Assembly (NCBI GenBank): GCA_029953675.1
Contig: JAMWBK010000010.1
Location: forward strand, 992,001 to 1,056,000
Direction of reading: 5' to 3'
DNA: 64,000 nucleotides
From: Rhodosorus marinus CCMP1338
Lineage: Eukaryota > Plantae > Rhodophyta
The translations under genes were made by a program, and so were the position numbers. Each line of letters begins with the position of its first letter. Position 1 is the stretch's first letter. The notes beneath the pieces are model-generated. The model was not told where the DNA came from and searched no databases. It worked only from the letters and a program-made list of their open reading frames with translations. Shown here piece after piece: positions 13,101 to 28,859 of the stretch.

Positions 13101-14093
13101 CGCTGAGGAGAGCGAGAATTCTTAGATTGTTTTCGCACTGTGATGTAGAGGTCCGGGAGGCTCCCACGATCTCGGCTGTGAAATTCCGCCAGTTGTTTGG
13201 CCATTCCTTCCAAGTGGCAACAAAGAAAATGCAGGCTTAGCGAACGTATGAGTATGTAGGGCAAAGGCGAACTGCAAAGTATCCACGACCGGGAGAATTG
13301 AAACACAAAATTCAAAGAGTTCACGCAAGTGACGCTTCGTTACCTGCTTGACAATCTGAACTAGAACCACGTTCAGCTTTTGCACGTAAACTTGCTCTTT
13401 GTGCAGAGCGGCTTCATCTGATGAGATGCTTATGACCTGGGAACAACAATGAAATCTCGGGTTTCAGGACAAGCAGATTGAAGACAACTCTGAAGGACGC
13501 AGGCCGTTGCGTGCTACTTTCTCGACAGTACACTGTGTTCGGAGATATAGAAGCAACGAGGTTGTTCATCTGATAATTCTAAAAATCAGGATTCGCTGGC
13601 TCGTACCTTGCCAACGATAAAGTCACGAATTGACTCGCAGGTCTCCCTTGGCAAAGTCTTCCATCGATATCTTAATGGAGAAACAAAACCGCAGTCAGAG
13701 GACATATCCCACACACAGCCAGGCACAAGATATTCAAGGTACACACATACTTCACCATCTCTCCCAGAACTTGTAATCCGTAAAACTTTGCGAATGAAGA
13801 TGCTCCGGGATCGTCCAAGATCTTATCACAGCGCGCCCATCCCTCCGGGGTCTCAAGGAATTGAGTGAGTACCGCCTGTGCAGCTTTTTGCTGTCGCCAT
13901 GTTAAGATCAGTTGAACAAGGGGTTGTGTTTGGTAAGGTAGGCAGCGTCAGAACCCTCAGGCGGCCATGAAGCTGCTGATTCACATTTGATTACCTCATC
14001 AGCATTCTGCGACGTGTTCAGGACTTGGATCACTTGATCTAGTAGCGCGACAAACTCCTTGTCGGGAAGCGAGAAATCCAGGATCTTCTCCAT
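10179..14093 (-). CDS. XPO1: Exportin-1 (CRM1), multi-exon
   Basis: Starts [12 protein letters not shown]. Contains [65 protein letters not shown] and [19 protein letters not shown], all conserved CRM1 segments, across ORFs 10179-11699, 11703-12500, 12556-13167 and 13908-14186. Confidence 0.97.
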
Positions 14094-15499
14094 CTTTAAT
14101 CCGTGACCAGAATTCTGGCTTTTGAATGCCGCACGCAGACTTTTTTTAACCTGCCGTACAATCCAGAAGAAAATTGAACTCAGCATATATTAGGATGCGG
14201 CGGAGCGCAATACAGCAGTGTTTGCCGCTGTTGTGAAAGAAATTAAAGAGCAAATCGAATTCAAGAGGGCATATTTCAGCTCAGCTAGCCTCTATTCATT
14301 CTCAAATGAAGTACGTAGCTGATAGAATACAGCACCAACAGTAGAACGTATCAAGTCGCAAAACCCACCTCCAAATCACTCAATCACCCGATCCTTTCCA
14401 AAAACCGATCCCACTCTACCCTGCAAACTCAGTCTTCGGTCCCTCCCAAACCTCTCAACTCTCATCCTTTCCACCCTCCCGCCTCCAACCACGAAATCCA
14501 CCGGAACCATCAAGGAAAAACACCATTCACTTTTCCTCAGCACTACCGCAAAACAATCTCCAAATCTATGTAGAAACTAAATAAACCAAACAAGGTTGAA
14601 ATTTTTCCCCTTCCCTTCCCTCCCCTAAAATACACAAAGGATGAAAAGCCTAGAACGGTTCAAAAAGACCACCTACCCTAGGCCTCCCTCTCTCTTACCC
14701 TATGATCGTCTGCCTCCCCCACTCATCAGAATCCTGCTCACACCCCAGCCATCATCACCAGCTAACTCAAATACCAAGCTCTCTCAAAAAGGCCCCACCC
14801 CAACCCATCCTCAAAAAAACAACCAAAAACACTCCCAAAGGTCCATCATGTGCTCTATACGAACCCCGATACATAAATACGGAAACGTTACCATAATATC
14901 ACTAAACGACTTATAATTCAGTCAATATACATTATTTAGTTTTAATTTAGACTTCTCAATCAAAATATTACTGTTTAATTGGATTGGGACATGGTACTAC
15001 CAGCGGCCAATAATACCATCATCATTCTTCAGAAGAATTAGAAAATCAAGTTTTCGCGTCCAAAAGTACAGCTTCTATTTTCGAGAAAAAGGAGGGGGGA
15101 CCCCTCATTGTATTTTTTCGTGTTTCTAGAGAACTTGTGGGCGCTTTTTTGTCATGTGGGAGTTTTTGAAATAATTTTAGTCCGTCCCAGGTTCTGAATT
15201 TGAAACATTTTTTTGCTCGATATTGAGGCAACGGGATTTTATAAAGGATTTTGATGCCGTATTTAGGAATATGGTTTAGATTTGGACGATACGGTTTAGA
15301 TTAGGGTATGGAGGATGATGGTTTTTTCTTTTCTTCTTTTTTTTTTGGGGGGGGGGGGTGGGGAGTGCTATGGGATGGAATCTTTGTTGATTGATGGTGG
15401 CGTGGACTTGGAGGTTTCAGGAACCGTTTCAAAGCCTGAGATGCGAGTGGAGCTGGTGCAAGCTAGAGCCAGATTGAGTTATCTCTGTACGTCTCTGAG

Positions 15500-15820
15500 A
15501 ACGAGTTTTTAGAGTTTTCCGCCTCTACCTGTAAATTGTGCCTGGAGACGTCGTTGGACGGGCTACAAGAGTATGCCAGCTCTAAACTGTAGCCAACAGC
15601 CCTTTATCAAATGTCTTCTCCCGTTCTGACGGGATGAGACTGCTGACACAGAGAAACCACCCACCTAGTCTAAACCGGTTCGTTGGGAATGCTGCGCCTT
15701 CTGATTTGCTTGGCGAGGTTCCTTTTTCAACACCGTCGAACATCATAGACCTCCACGTCCTCAAAACCCAATAACTCCTCCTGCAAGTATCTAATCGACT
15801 GCTCCGTCGGGCCCATTGCA
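15500..15820 (-). CDS. Small putative spliced gene divergent from POLD3; product unknown
   Basis: Minus frame MGPTEQSIRYLQEELLGFEDVEVYDVRR followed by a GT donor, with a G-rich sense-strand leader at ~15930-15950 like other gene starts here. Downstream exons unresolved. Confidence 0.3.
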
Positions 15821-16055
15821 GCCACGGGCGCTCCCTTTCTAGTCCATGCACCCTACCCTATCAAAGCGCAATAGAAAGTCCCCAGTCTTCTTCGCTCAAT
15901 CACACTTCTGCTTCTACAACACATTTTGAACCCCACCTCCCCCCCCTTTAAAAAATAATCCACATTCCACAAGTGTCTCTCGAAAATTCGTACTATAGAT
16001 CATTCTCCGGGCGCATTTTTTGGATGCATGAAAGTTTCTCTATTCTCAAATTTAC

Positions 16056-16063
16056 GCGGGAAA
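16056..16063 (-). promoter_or_regulatory. E2F-like site (TTTCCCGC) upstream of POLD3
   Basis: GCGGGAAA on + strand about 280 bp upstream of the POLD3 ATG. E2F control of replication genes is established in plants and animals; function here is inferred. Confidence 0.4.
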
Positions 16064-16343
16064 AAAGTTTTTCAATCAAAATAAATATTGAATGATGTAA
16101 ATTAAATAAACATGCCAATCGTTTCCGGAGTACCATAGGCCATTGTTGTCTGTGGCCGCAGGGAAAGTTTCACTTTTTTTGAAAGGTCTTGATTTTAGAG
16201 GATATGGGTTTCTGGTAATCCTTACGTTGATGATGTTGCATTTTTAAAGGCCAACTGCTGGGAGGAATGGGGAGTAAACCGGCATGTAGAAGACCGAGTT
16301 GGACACATTTGCTCGTATTGACATCCTGGCTGAAGAAGATAGA

Positions 16344-18321
16344 ATGTCTCTAGTGGAATTCATTCGGGGAACTGAGCTTCCGGTTGTGACCTACCGTACA
16401 CTTTGTGCCACACATGATGTCAGTGCAAAAGAAGCTAGGCGATGGATGGAGATCGCTGGTGCATCAAGTTCCAGATGGGAAAGTATATGGACTGTTGTTT
16501 TGAAGTCCACGGATGAAGAAGGCCCTAGGAAGAAATCTTCTGTCAAGCTTCTCGCTGCGAAAAACAAGAGGGACGCGCTTTGTACGGCAAACTCAAATGG
16601 CTGGGAAGCATTGTCAGCAGAAATCTTTGCTCTCCATGTTCTTGGTGCGAAGCTGGCTGAAAGCAAAGGTCAAGAACTCTATGAAGACGATCGGAAGAGG
16701 GAATTCAAGCAACTCCAGGAGTCGCCAGAAGCTGACAACCCGTTGCGCACAAACAGGTTGGCGACTTCTTGTCATCTTCTGCTTTTAAGAGTTGATCGCT
16801 GATGGGGATCTTTTTCGGCTTTTTCTAGGTATTCCACTGTAAAGAGCTCCTCGGCGAAGCGAATGGACATTGAGTCGAAGAGGCTGGAGGAGGTTGTTTC
16901 GAAGCCAGCACAGCTGGGGAGCAACTTCTCGAAGAAGATCCAGGCTGTCAAGGTCACGACTGAGACAGCGAGTCCCCAGCCAAAGACACAAGCAGACGAG
17001 CTAAAGGTATGTTTTGCTTGTGTCAAAAGACCCCCCATGCTACTGATGACGATCACACGCCTCCGCGATAGATGCGCTAATTCTCTTCTCGTTTGGTCAC
17101 TTTCAAGGATCCGAAATCGGTTGAAAGCAACACGGCCAAAGCAACAGATGCTTCTGGAGGAAGTACCCGAAAACAAACGGTAGGCTGATGGTGCAGAAAG
17201 TGTTTGCGTTAGTTTCCCAATGCTCAATATCTCGCCCTTTTCTTTCCTATGTTTGCTGCAGAAATCAGCCTCACATTTCTTCAAGCCAATGCCACCAAAG
17301 AAAGCCACTTCAGCAGGAGAGAAGACAGAGCCAGAAATGTCGAGACTTGTGCCGAAGGAACCTGCGGACAAAGTCCTGAACGCTAAGCCTGTCGAATTTG
17401 GAAGCGGGATAATCAGCAGATCCAACGACAACGAGGACTCAAATGGGGTGGACAGAGCCAGATCTGCTCAAAACCCAGGCACAGACAGTCCTCGAAAAGT
17501 AAGTTGTAGCCGGAGAAATGAACATAGCAGCTCCCAGGCACAACTGACCAGATATTCTCGTGCTAGGCTGGTGGAAAAAGGATTCTTGTGGAAGACGAAG
17601 AGAGCGACGAGGAGGAAACCTTTGACCCGTACCATGAGCCGGAAGATGATCCCGATGAAGAGCTCCCGAAGGAAAATCAGGAACCCCCAACTCAGGAAAG
17701 CTACATAAAAAATGATTCAGCTGAGGACGGAAGCGAAAACAAAAACCGAAGTAGCACATTGAAGACGGTGAACCAGGTGCAGAGAACAGGTGACAGTCCC
17801 GAGAACTCGACACCCTACATTGCTTCCCAGTCATTGACGTATCTCGCCACTTCCTTTTACAACAGGAAACGTTTCGCTTAAAAGGAAAGTCGTGAAAACT
17901 GTGGACGCGAACGGATTTGTTGTGTCGAGGATAGAGAGTGTTCGAGAGGAGCTGACGGAGGAGCGATCAACGAAAGCTATGGCATCAAATGAAGAAGCTA
18001 GCGAGGCGAAGATCAAAGATTCACCCGGCTCGGAAGAACCAAGTAAGCTCACCTGTTTGTTCCCGCGCACATATTCGCGGTAACCTACTGCCTCGAAAAA
18101 ATTGTTCTAACTTTTGTACAACTGTTCTTCCCTTGCGATCAGAAGAACAACGCTCGCGAAAGCGGAAGGAGGGAGACCTAGACTCGAAGAAAACAACCGC
18201 TTCTAGCGTTGAGAAGAGAGCCCCGAGTTCTTCCCCTTCAAAAAATGGAGAAGCAGAACGGGGAGCAAAGAAAGTCAAAAGCAATCAACTTGGGATAATG
18301 AGCTTCTTCAAAAAAAAGTAG
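16344..18321 (+). CDS. POLD3: DNA polymerase delta subunit 3 (POLD3/Cdc27/Pol32), multi-exon
   Basis: N-terminus MSLVEFIRGTELPVVTYRTLCATHDVSAKEARRWME resembles the Cdc27 winged helix, followed by a long charged disordered middle and a C-terminal PCNA PIP box QLGIMSFF just before the stop. Confidence 0.8.
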
Positions 18322-18389
18322 CTTGGCGTGCATAGACAGCTTGACGTTGAAGATACTAAATTAACTCCTGTGTAATATTCATCACCAAT

Positions 18390-20447
<2,058 letters not shown>

Positions 20448-21178
20448 TCTTTTCTTCCGAAACCAAGAGCTTTTCTATCTATAGGAATCTTATCCTTTCG
20501 TACCCGCAAAGGTTCTACGATCCCCTCCACGATGAATAGATATCCTCGCCAGCTTCGACAACAAGCCAAAACCACCGCCAATCTCTACCAAAAAAACTTA
20601 ACGAGACACTTAAACACATCTTTCATACCTCCCGCACATCCAATTTCAATCTAATATAAAACGAAGCTCCATCTTACCAATAGTACAAGAATTCCAGATG
20701 AGTCTTTAATCGTCATAGGGATCTCTTAATCCAGACGCTTTCTTTTAGGGTTAGAGTGAGATCAAGTTTTTTAAAAACAATTGAACTAGCCCTGCTCACG
20801 TGCAAAAAAAAGCAACCTCCGCAATAAGGAAAATAATGATTGAAATACTCAGTATTAGCCAATTAATATGCTTAAAACTCTATAGTGGTCTCTATCAGTC
20901 TTTATTAATGTGCACGGACGGTGTTCTTCGGGTTTTTTATTCTTTTTTCATCCGAATTTGCCCAATGATTGGTTTTTCTTTGATTAAATAGAGGAACTTC
21001 TCGCTACATCGATCCTGAAGTTGATCCACGAAAGTGTGAAAAATGGAAAAATGCAGTGGGCAAAACCCATTCCTGTTTGAGAAACGTGGGTTCTGGTTTG
21101 TTCTTCTGCATTGTTGCTTAACACAGAGTCAGAGAACACGGAGAGGGTGGTTTCGGTGAAACCCTTTGCTTGTCGCCA

Positions 21179-22309
21179 TTACGGATCCAACTTTTTTCCT
21201 GATTCTGGGAGGAAGAAGTCTGCAGACACGATGTAACGGATACATTGCAGCAGGGCGTCCTGCTCTCGTCTGACGTTGGGCTCGAGGAGGTTTCTTAGAA
21301 GGGACTTTCTCCGCCTGTTCGGTATTGGTGATTGCGGATTTCGGCCATTCGTCTGATGTTTGCCCTTTCTCCGGTCTCGTTTCTTTCTATTCGCCGGTCT
21401 TTCGCCTGTTTCCCTTTTTTCGCGTTGGGGGTTTTCGTGCCGCGCACTGTTCTCAACATTCTTGCACTCTTCGAGTCCACTCGCATCTTCAGACTCAGAA
21501 CCATACGCTGCCAATGCGCCTAGTGCCGTGGGTGGTTGCTTCTTCGCTTCTGGTTCTAAGCCTCCACGTTGAGGATGGCCTGTCGATTTATCGGTTCCTT
21601 CTGCTTCCCAATTTCTGATCACAGAGCGGGGCGTGTACAGGTCACAGTTTAGATGTCAAGCAGAAAAAAATGCCGAGCACTTGGAAGAATTGGTGACAGT
21701 TAGGACCGCAGCTATGAAGAAAACGATTTCAGGTTCCGCTCACCTAGAACGGCTCCCAACGGGCCTTCGCGCCGAAACTGGCCGACCCTCGCTTCTCCCA
21801 TCTTTGCTTGGGAAAATTGGCCTCGGGGGTAATCCACCGTTTTCCCGCGCCTGGTTTTCTGCCTCTAACTTCAGGGCTACGTTCCTCTTCGTCGGAAACT
21901 TTTTCCTCCGCTCCTCAATCCATGCAGCGAGTTCCTCCTCTGTAAAACCCTCCGTTGGCAGTGCTCGTTTCCGGTATTTTACTGTTTCAACCTCTGCCCG
22001 TTCATTCGTCTTCACAGGCACTTTCTCATCTTCGTCGCTGCTTTCGTCAGCTCTACTTCCGTTTGCACCCTTCCGCTGATTAGGATACCCGGAGGCCTTG
22101 CCAGTCCTCTCGTTCCCTTCACTCTCCCGCTGGACTCTTTGACTCTCGCTAGACCGTTTATGTCCAAGCACCCCATCTCCTCCGTTACCAGCCACAGCTT
22201 CTCCTTCATCCTCAAAAACTGGCGCCGGGAGTCCACCGACGTCGCCGCTCGTATGTGCCTCACGATGTACAGTATCCTTCGCCTCCAACACCATCCATGG
22301 CCAACTCAT
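21179..22309 (-). CDS. NUFIP1: NUFIP1/Rsa1-like box C/D snoRNP assembly factor
   Basis: EEELAAWIEERRKKFPT motif, and C-terminal SLLRNLLEPNVRREQDALLQCIRYIVSADFF. At least one intron; the true start may lie further upstream. Confidence 0.75.
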
Positions 22310-22969
22310 TCTCTATGCTCTTGAAGAAATTTATTGAATTTTCGCGCATATGCGTTTGCTAGCTTCCACCGCACTTTGCAGACACTCAAAACCGTGGTCG
22401 AGTACAGAAAAATACAGAAAGAGCTTTCCGCCGCTGCCCTCGTTACGCAACGTGCACAAAAACGAGGAGACTCATACTTCAATCAACTTGCCAATACTGC
22501 CAATACCTTGTCCAACGCTTTCAGGCTTGATGTCATTGAGCAATGTGCTCTGGTCCCTCGACGTTCTATACAAAAGTCAAAACCCAGTATTCCTCCTGAC
22601 GCTAGCAAACCTTTGTAACAGTGATCGGAACGGAACATCCCTAAAACTGCCCTACTGCCTATCGCAGTTCCGAACGATGCTCAGAACCCTATGAGCTGAG
22701 CGCTCCGTGTCTAGTCAGCTGGTTTTCAGCCAGCCACCAGCGTTTCCAGAGGTTTCTATACCAAGCACACAATGGAGACGCCGCAGCATGTCGCTGGGCA
22801 GTGAGAGTTACGTTTGGACCCTCGAAGAGTGTGTTCTGTTATCTTCACCGAGACTTGAACAGAAGAGGCTTGAAGGAAAACGAGGATAAGAGCTCACGTT
22901 CAGCTTCTGTGATGCTCTCCGGAGCCTGATCTTCCGCGCAGCGTTCTCGATTAAGTGGTCACGTCTAAA

Positions 22970-24002
22970 ATGCAGATGGCGATGAGCTTTGTTAGCTTCC
23001 GCTTTGTCGCGACGTCGAGGAAAGAGCGGCTTAGAGTTCACAGGGACAAAGGCGTCCGATGTGCTTTGTCCAAGGCTGGTAGGTTAGCGTTCCTCCGAAT
23101 GGGGATCTTAGGTCCTTGTGACCTGACTTTACAAAAACTTATTTGTCTCTACAGAAACCGCTGGTGTTTTAACCGAAATCTTCGGGACAAGGTCGGACGC
23201 CTTTGATCGAAAGGGGATCGCAATGGACGATGCAGGAAGAAGAGGGCGTTCCAAGGACCTCAACTTAACTTACGGGGAATATGATCTCGATCTATTTACG
23301 AAACTCCTTGACAGAGCAAGCCCAGCCCAGGGGGATACTTTCCTAGACTTGGGATCTGGCTGTGGAAGGTACGTGTCCTTTCCGATCAACAAGGGATTCA
23401 AACCCACTGGACCAACATCATCGGTTGCTGTGCATCTTCACCAGACTTGTTCTGGCGGCATGGATGCTGTATGATCATTGGAAACGATGCTTCGGAGTAG
23501 AGATCGTGGACCCACTACACAGGGAGTCAATCGCAAAGTACGGAGACCTGAGGCAACACCTCGCTTCTTCGCACGTCCCATGCCCTACGGCTTCTGTGGA
23601 CTTTATCATGGGCGACTTGAATGAAACGGACTTCTCAGAGGCCGATGTCGTATTCTGTTACAGCACAACATGGGATTCGGTATGGAAGGAAACAGGCTCA
23701 AATTTATTGCTTTCCGATTTCAAGCTCGGTCTGAAGTAAGGTTGCTCCCCGTGAAACAGGCCGGCCCAGTACTGACAACGCTGTCGAGAAGATTGTCAGA
23801 AGTGCTCCGACCAGGCACTAGGGTTATAACAACAGATAAAATGCTTGCTGAGATTTGCGACGCGGATGGCAGAGGCTTTCAGCTGCTGGATCAGATTGAC
23901 GGATCGAACAAGGACACATTCTTTTCAACAGGATATGTTTGGAAACGAATCGATCGCACCAATCTGGAAGAGCTCGTACCTCGACCCTCACCTTCCTTCT
24001 AA
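22970..24002 (+). CDS. DOT1-like class I SAM-dependent methyltransferase with plastid transit-peptide-like N-terminus
   Basis: MQMAMSFVSFRF leader, then LTYGEYDL, FLDLGSGCGR (motif I), CFGVEI, DFIMGD and ADVVFCYST across ORFs 23223-23474, 23362-23739 and 23670-24002. Confidence 0.75.
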
Positions 24003-24129
24003 TCATACGTTCCCAATAGCAGAACTCGCCTTCATCTCCGAAATTTGATTAAATATTGTCAACGACTCCCAACCGTCAGGTCTTCTGATTCCGTAAGGCT
24101 TCGGGGCTCCTGCTCAGTCTAGTACGTTA

Positions 24130-26356
24130 TCAGCGGGACCGACTTCGAGATCGGAACCTGTCTCGGCTTCGACTGAGGCTTCTGCTTCGACTTCGGCTGC
24201 TGCTCCGATAGCGATATCGGTAATGTCGTCTCCTGTCTCGAACGTCGTTGTATCTCGAATCTCGCCTTGCAGAAATAGGACAAGATCGTGGGAACTAGTC
24301 AGCTGCTGAGATACGATACATAGACTTAAAAGTCACTTCCAACCCCATCGGACTTAGAGCCTCTAGCGTAGCAGGAGTGCGCCTCGAGATCTAGTACGAA
24401 AGAATGGACAATCATGTAGGTGATCCTCGCTTTACCTCTGGCTACGACTCCTATCGTAATCGCGACCAGACGGCCGCTCATTCGAGCGTTCTTCACTGTT
24501 CTCTCGACGATTGTACCGCCTCTCCCTTGAATCATTCCGCCTCCTGCGCCATGAATCCCGAGGTGGATCTCTGCCCCTAGCCTCTTCATCCCGGTATCGA
24601 CGTTTCGAGTATTCGGCACTCCCATCGCTGTACTTTCCATCTCGTCCTCCTTCATTTCTGGTTGACAGAGACAGAAAAGCAAAAAAGATCAATAGCCTCG
24701 AAGACGACCAGCCCTATAGCAGAGGACGTGCAGCAGCAGAGCGACAATACCTCAAAGTTGAATTGAGGTCGTCGGAGTCACGCTTTCCATCCGAGTGTTT
24801 CGACGCTCTCGAGAACTGTTCGGTTCTCTGCCGCTTTCGACTTTCCACGTCCTGATCATGAGCATGTTTACCGCTCCCCTCCCTTCGCTGAAAACGTTTG
24901 GTAGCATCACCCTCTCTTTCACCCACATGAACTTTCTCCGTTCTCACAGTACTCTTCCCGTTCACAGTAACTACATCCAACGGAGGACAGACCTCTCAGT
25001 CTTGCACTAGAGCAGAGTCTGTCTACTACAGTCTCGATCCCTACTCTCAAGGCTAGAGATAGCCAAGGACGGGACAAGAAAGAAGTTCATACCTGCTTCT
25101 TCATCTTTTCCGATGGAGTGTCCAGGAGGCCGCTGGTCTTTGCGCGTATTCTTCGACACCTCGCGCATGATATCTTCTAGCACAAGCTCCTTTGTCAGTT
25201 CTTCAAATGGCAAGTTATTGGCACTAACGTGAATGTTATCGATCTCAGCTTCAACAGCAGAGAGAGCATCCTTTTTCAAGCGATCGGGTGGAAATAGTAA
25301 ATCAGGGCACGGATTGCACTACGCTTTCTCGGCATATTCTTGAAGTCAGACAGGAGCTTACTTCAGAGACTCCAAAGACAAGCCACCAACCGGCGTTTTC
25401 TTGGTCAGGAAGCTTCATCCTTGAGGGCTTGGTTGCGAGTCGAATACAAGCGCACGCAATAACTTCGGGTTCGTATCGGACACAGACGTCCGTCCTCAGG
25501 GCATCGTTTGCGTTGTTCCATGCATTCTGCAACAACCTCTTCCATCGATCTTCCGCTTCTTTGGTCGGGTTGCTATGTTCCTGTTGGGGCGTTGCAGCGC
25601 GTGTGAATTTTTGAGTTGTTCTTCGATCTTCATTCGGCCGTGCTCAGCTCGTACCTTCATCGTGTTAACGTAGATTAGGATAAATTTGTGAGGGTGTTCC
25701 ACATGCAGGACAAATCCTAGTTCCTTTAGTATGTACATTTCTGTCCTCGCGACTGTGAACTTCCACTCGAAGTAGTTCGTCCCGCTAAGATCTACCGGGA
25801 AAGCGACAGCGTCCTTGTATTTGTCCGGATTCGACTTTATCTCGTTCTTCACAAGTCGATGGTGGACCGTCGTGACCACCTCCCTAACCCTCCGAGGATT
25901 TTCCTCCACCTGAAACGCGACACAATCCACCGCGAACGAGCTTAGGTGTGCAAATGCTCATCCATGGATAAGCTGCCCAAGGAACTCTATGGAATACCTT
26001 CGCAGCAAGGAAGAGAGCAGCTGCAGCAGTCCATAAATGGCTGAATTTCTTCATTGAGACTCTATGGTAAAACCTGTGAAACAGGACCTGATCCGAGAAA
26101 ACCAGTTGGGGCGTTAAGATCCCGCCAAGATCGCACTACTATCTCCAACTGTGTAGAAAGCGAATCGGCTTACCTGTGCGGTGGCCATCACGATCTGAGG
26201 TAGTTCAAGAAGAATCCCAGCTTCTTGAATCAGTCCGCATGCAAATGCTCTCTGGGTGTTCTCCACAACTTCGGAAACTCCATCTTTTCTGGACGGCGTG
26301 CTCTTACTCGTCCTCTCATCGAGGTAAAACGAGTTTAAAACTACTCGTGTGCCCAT
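24130..26356 (-). CDS. CCNL1: Cyclin L with C-terminal RS domain, multi-exon
   Basis: STPSRKDGVSEVVE...GLIQEAGILLELPQIVMATAQ, EMYILKELGFVLHVEHPHKF and AWNNANDALRTDVCVRYEPEVIACACI, then an Arg/Ser-rich tail ending RSRSRSR*. Confidence 0.92.
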
Positions 26357-27842
26357 CACTCCTCCGAATGGAAACTAGTTCTCTCGTCCGCAAGCTCAGG
26401 ATATCGCTCTACACCTGACCGAAACTCTTTCAGGCTTACCAGCATTGACTACATTCGGCTTTCTTGGCGAGCAGACGGGGAGTACGGTCGGCCGTTAAAG
26501 GACCGCAAACATCATTTTCGATACATTTCCAAGCTACTCTCAGGCTTCTTGTTGAGAAGTAAGCTGTTAAGGTTGCACGGAGATCTGAGGGTCTAGAGAA
26601 AAAAATATCTACGGTGGTCCCTAAGTATGTCGCTCGCTGTTTAATGCAGTGCGGGAGAATCTGCACACTGTAGGAGAAGTAGCGCCTATTTTCATCGCAT
26701 CGATACCCCCTTCTGGATGTTTATAGATCGTTTCAAGCCCTTGACAACGCAGTGCTTGGCTTCATAGATTGATCGTGCTAGTAAAGGATTCCATCGAACG
26801 TGCCTGACAAGGTTTCCAACAAGGCTGGGCACTGCTTGCACTTCTACAGGTTAAGGATACTTTCAGTACTAGGCGACATTTTTGAGAATGCTGGTTCAAG
26901 CATTCATCGTCTCTAAGCCAAGTAGACAGCGTCGAAGCCTGGGTCCACGGCGCTAGTGCTGAAGCGCGAAATATTCATTTGAGGTAAAGAAATCATATGC
27001 ACTCGTATGACCCTTTTTAATCTGTATTCGATGATTCGATGCTGAATACAGAAATTATTTTGATTATTTTTCTAACATAGCATTCCATTATTAAAAACTT
27101 GAAAATAAGCTGAACCATTTTCTCTATCAACGATTATTAATTTTGATTTATTGGTTTAAAAGCCACTTCGTCCCCATTTATTCCGAATAGCAAAATTCTG
27201 TCGTGTTATGGTATTTATTTACTTCAAAAAAACTGTTAGCCAGACATTAATTGATCAGGAGTTGCTTGGTATTGAAACTGATCAGAAGCAAGACTGGCTT
27301 CCGGCGTTGGTCCTTCTCGAATTAAGCGTATTGAGAAGCTCAAAGGACCGCACGGAAACTTGGGAGGTCTCACTCTTGAAGCACCACAGCCAAAACCACT
27401 GGAAGAAGTTGAGTGCTGTGCAACATCGCCGATCCTGGTGACAAGTTATGCAAGCACCCGGGGCAGCGTCTTAAGGGGGCTGATCCACAATGTTCGTCCT
27501 GCACATCGGGTCGACTCCTATTCAGTATTGATGATTGGTGCGGTGTGCATATTTTAGAGAGGTGGTTACTTACTGCTCCAAACTTGGCTGAAAATTGCGA
27601 TGCTTGCAAAATAAATTAGCTTTCGAAAGTTGCTCAGAAGTCTCTTGCCGCGCTTATATTGAGGCTCAGTCATCGGAATACTGAAAGCCGCAATGTAAAC
27701 GAGGCATCTTATTACCGCGACCGTTCCTTGGTTTAGACTTATGTGCCTTAGCAGTCACGAAAACGACGTATCGAACGAGAACTATTCAGCTTTGATCGCC
27801 AAAGGATTCGCCGAAGAACTGAGAACACAGCATGGTGGGCTC

Positions 27843-28626
27843 TCACCGTGGCCAACGTGTTATTCGAAAGAGGTCCTTCCACCCCTCTTCCCTGAAAAAT
27901 GCAATTATAATTGCGATTACAGAAATAAGATTATACTCATGACTGCCGAACCGAAAGAAAAGCCTGTAGATGACGGCCTGGCGAAGGACTCGATATAGGA
28001 CTGCGTATACAAACGATCCAACGAGTGACGTGGAAGCTTGTCCATAAGAAGTCCTTAGCGACCTTGCGAAAGCGTGCTTAGGGTTGAACAACTTGTGCCG
28101 GTTGCGGAGGATCCAAGTAATTCCAGACGAGAGGGCGACAGGAATCAAGTACTCGACACATTTCACCGGAAGAGAACGAGCTGCTGGCGGTACCGCATGA
28201 TCCACCAGCGTCTCAATGACAACCTAAAATCGACGGAATGCGAATAAGATGGACTTTTCGGGTTAGTCTGACAAAGACGACGATGACGAACTGCCCTTCA
28301 TGACTTGAATCAAAAACGGGAGAAGGAAGATAGGCTTCAATGAAACCAACCTTGCTCACTCTACTGGAGTGTTTAAAACCCAACAGACACGCCAGATCGT
28401 AGCCTATATAAGTGGCGCTCCTCAACAGAGTCCTCTGTACAAGCTTCAATTTCTGTATTTTCGAATCAGCAACAGATCTTGCGTCCTCGCCATTCTCGCT
28501 CAACCCTCCAGCTCCATTCTCCTCCCCATGCCCTACAGCTTCGTTGCCATCGCTCACGTGACCATTCCCCAAGATCTCGGAATCTTCTTCAGACTTTTCG
28601 CTTCTGTTCTTATCAGTTTTCGTCAT
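27843..28626 (-). CDS. Multi-pass membrane protein, possibly FAR-17a/AIG1-like
   Basis: Acidic N-terminus MTKTDKNRSEKSEEDS, then hydrophobic segments DHAVP...VEYLIPVAL, GITWILRNRHKLFNPKHAF and YAVLYRVLRQAVIYRLF. The family call rests on loose motif resemblance. Confidence 0.45.
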
Positions 28627-28859
28627 TTCACCACTCCTCCGCGGCACAAAAATCAGCAACGAAAACGTCTAGACCACTCAAAGAACAACTGAAATCAAAA
28701 CGGCCGCCAACAATCTTACAGAGCAGCTACATTAGCCCTCAACGAAGTCCCGCCCATCACCTGTATGCACGTTTTGGAACGAGCGAAATGAGAAAGCTTC
28801 CCAAATACTTAACGCCACTAGTCACGGACTCCTGTTCCTACCCCCTCGGCTAGCTTCAG

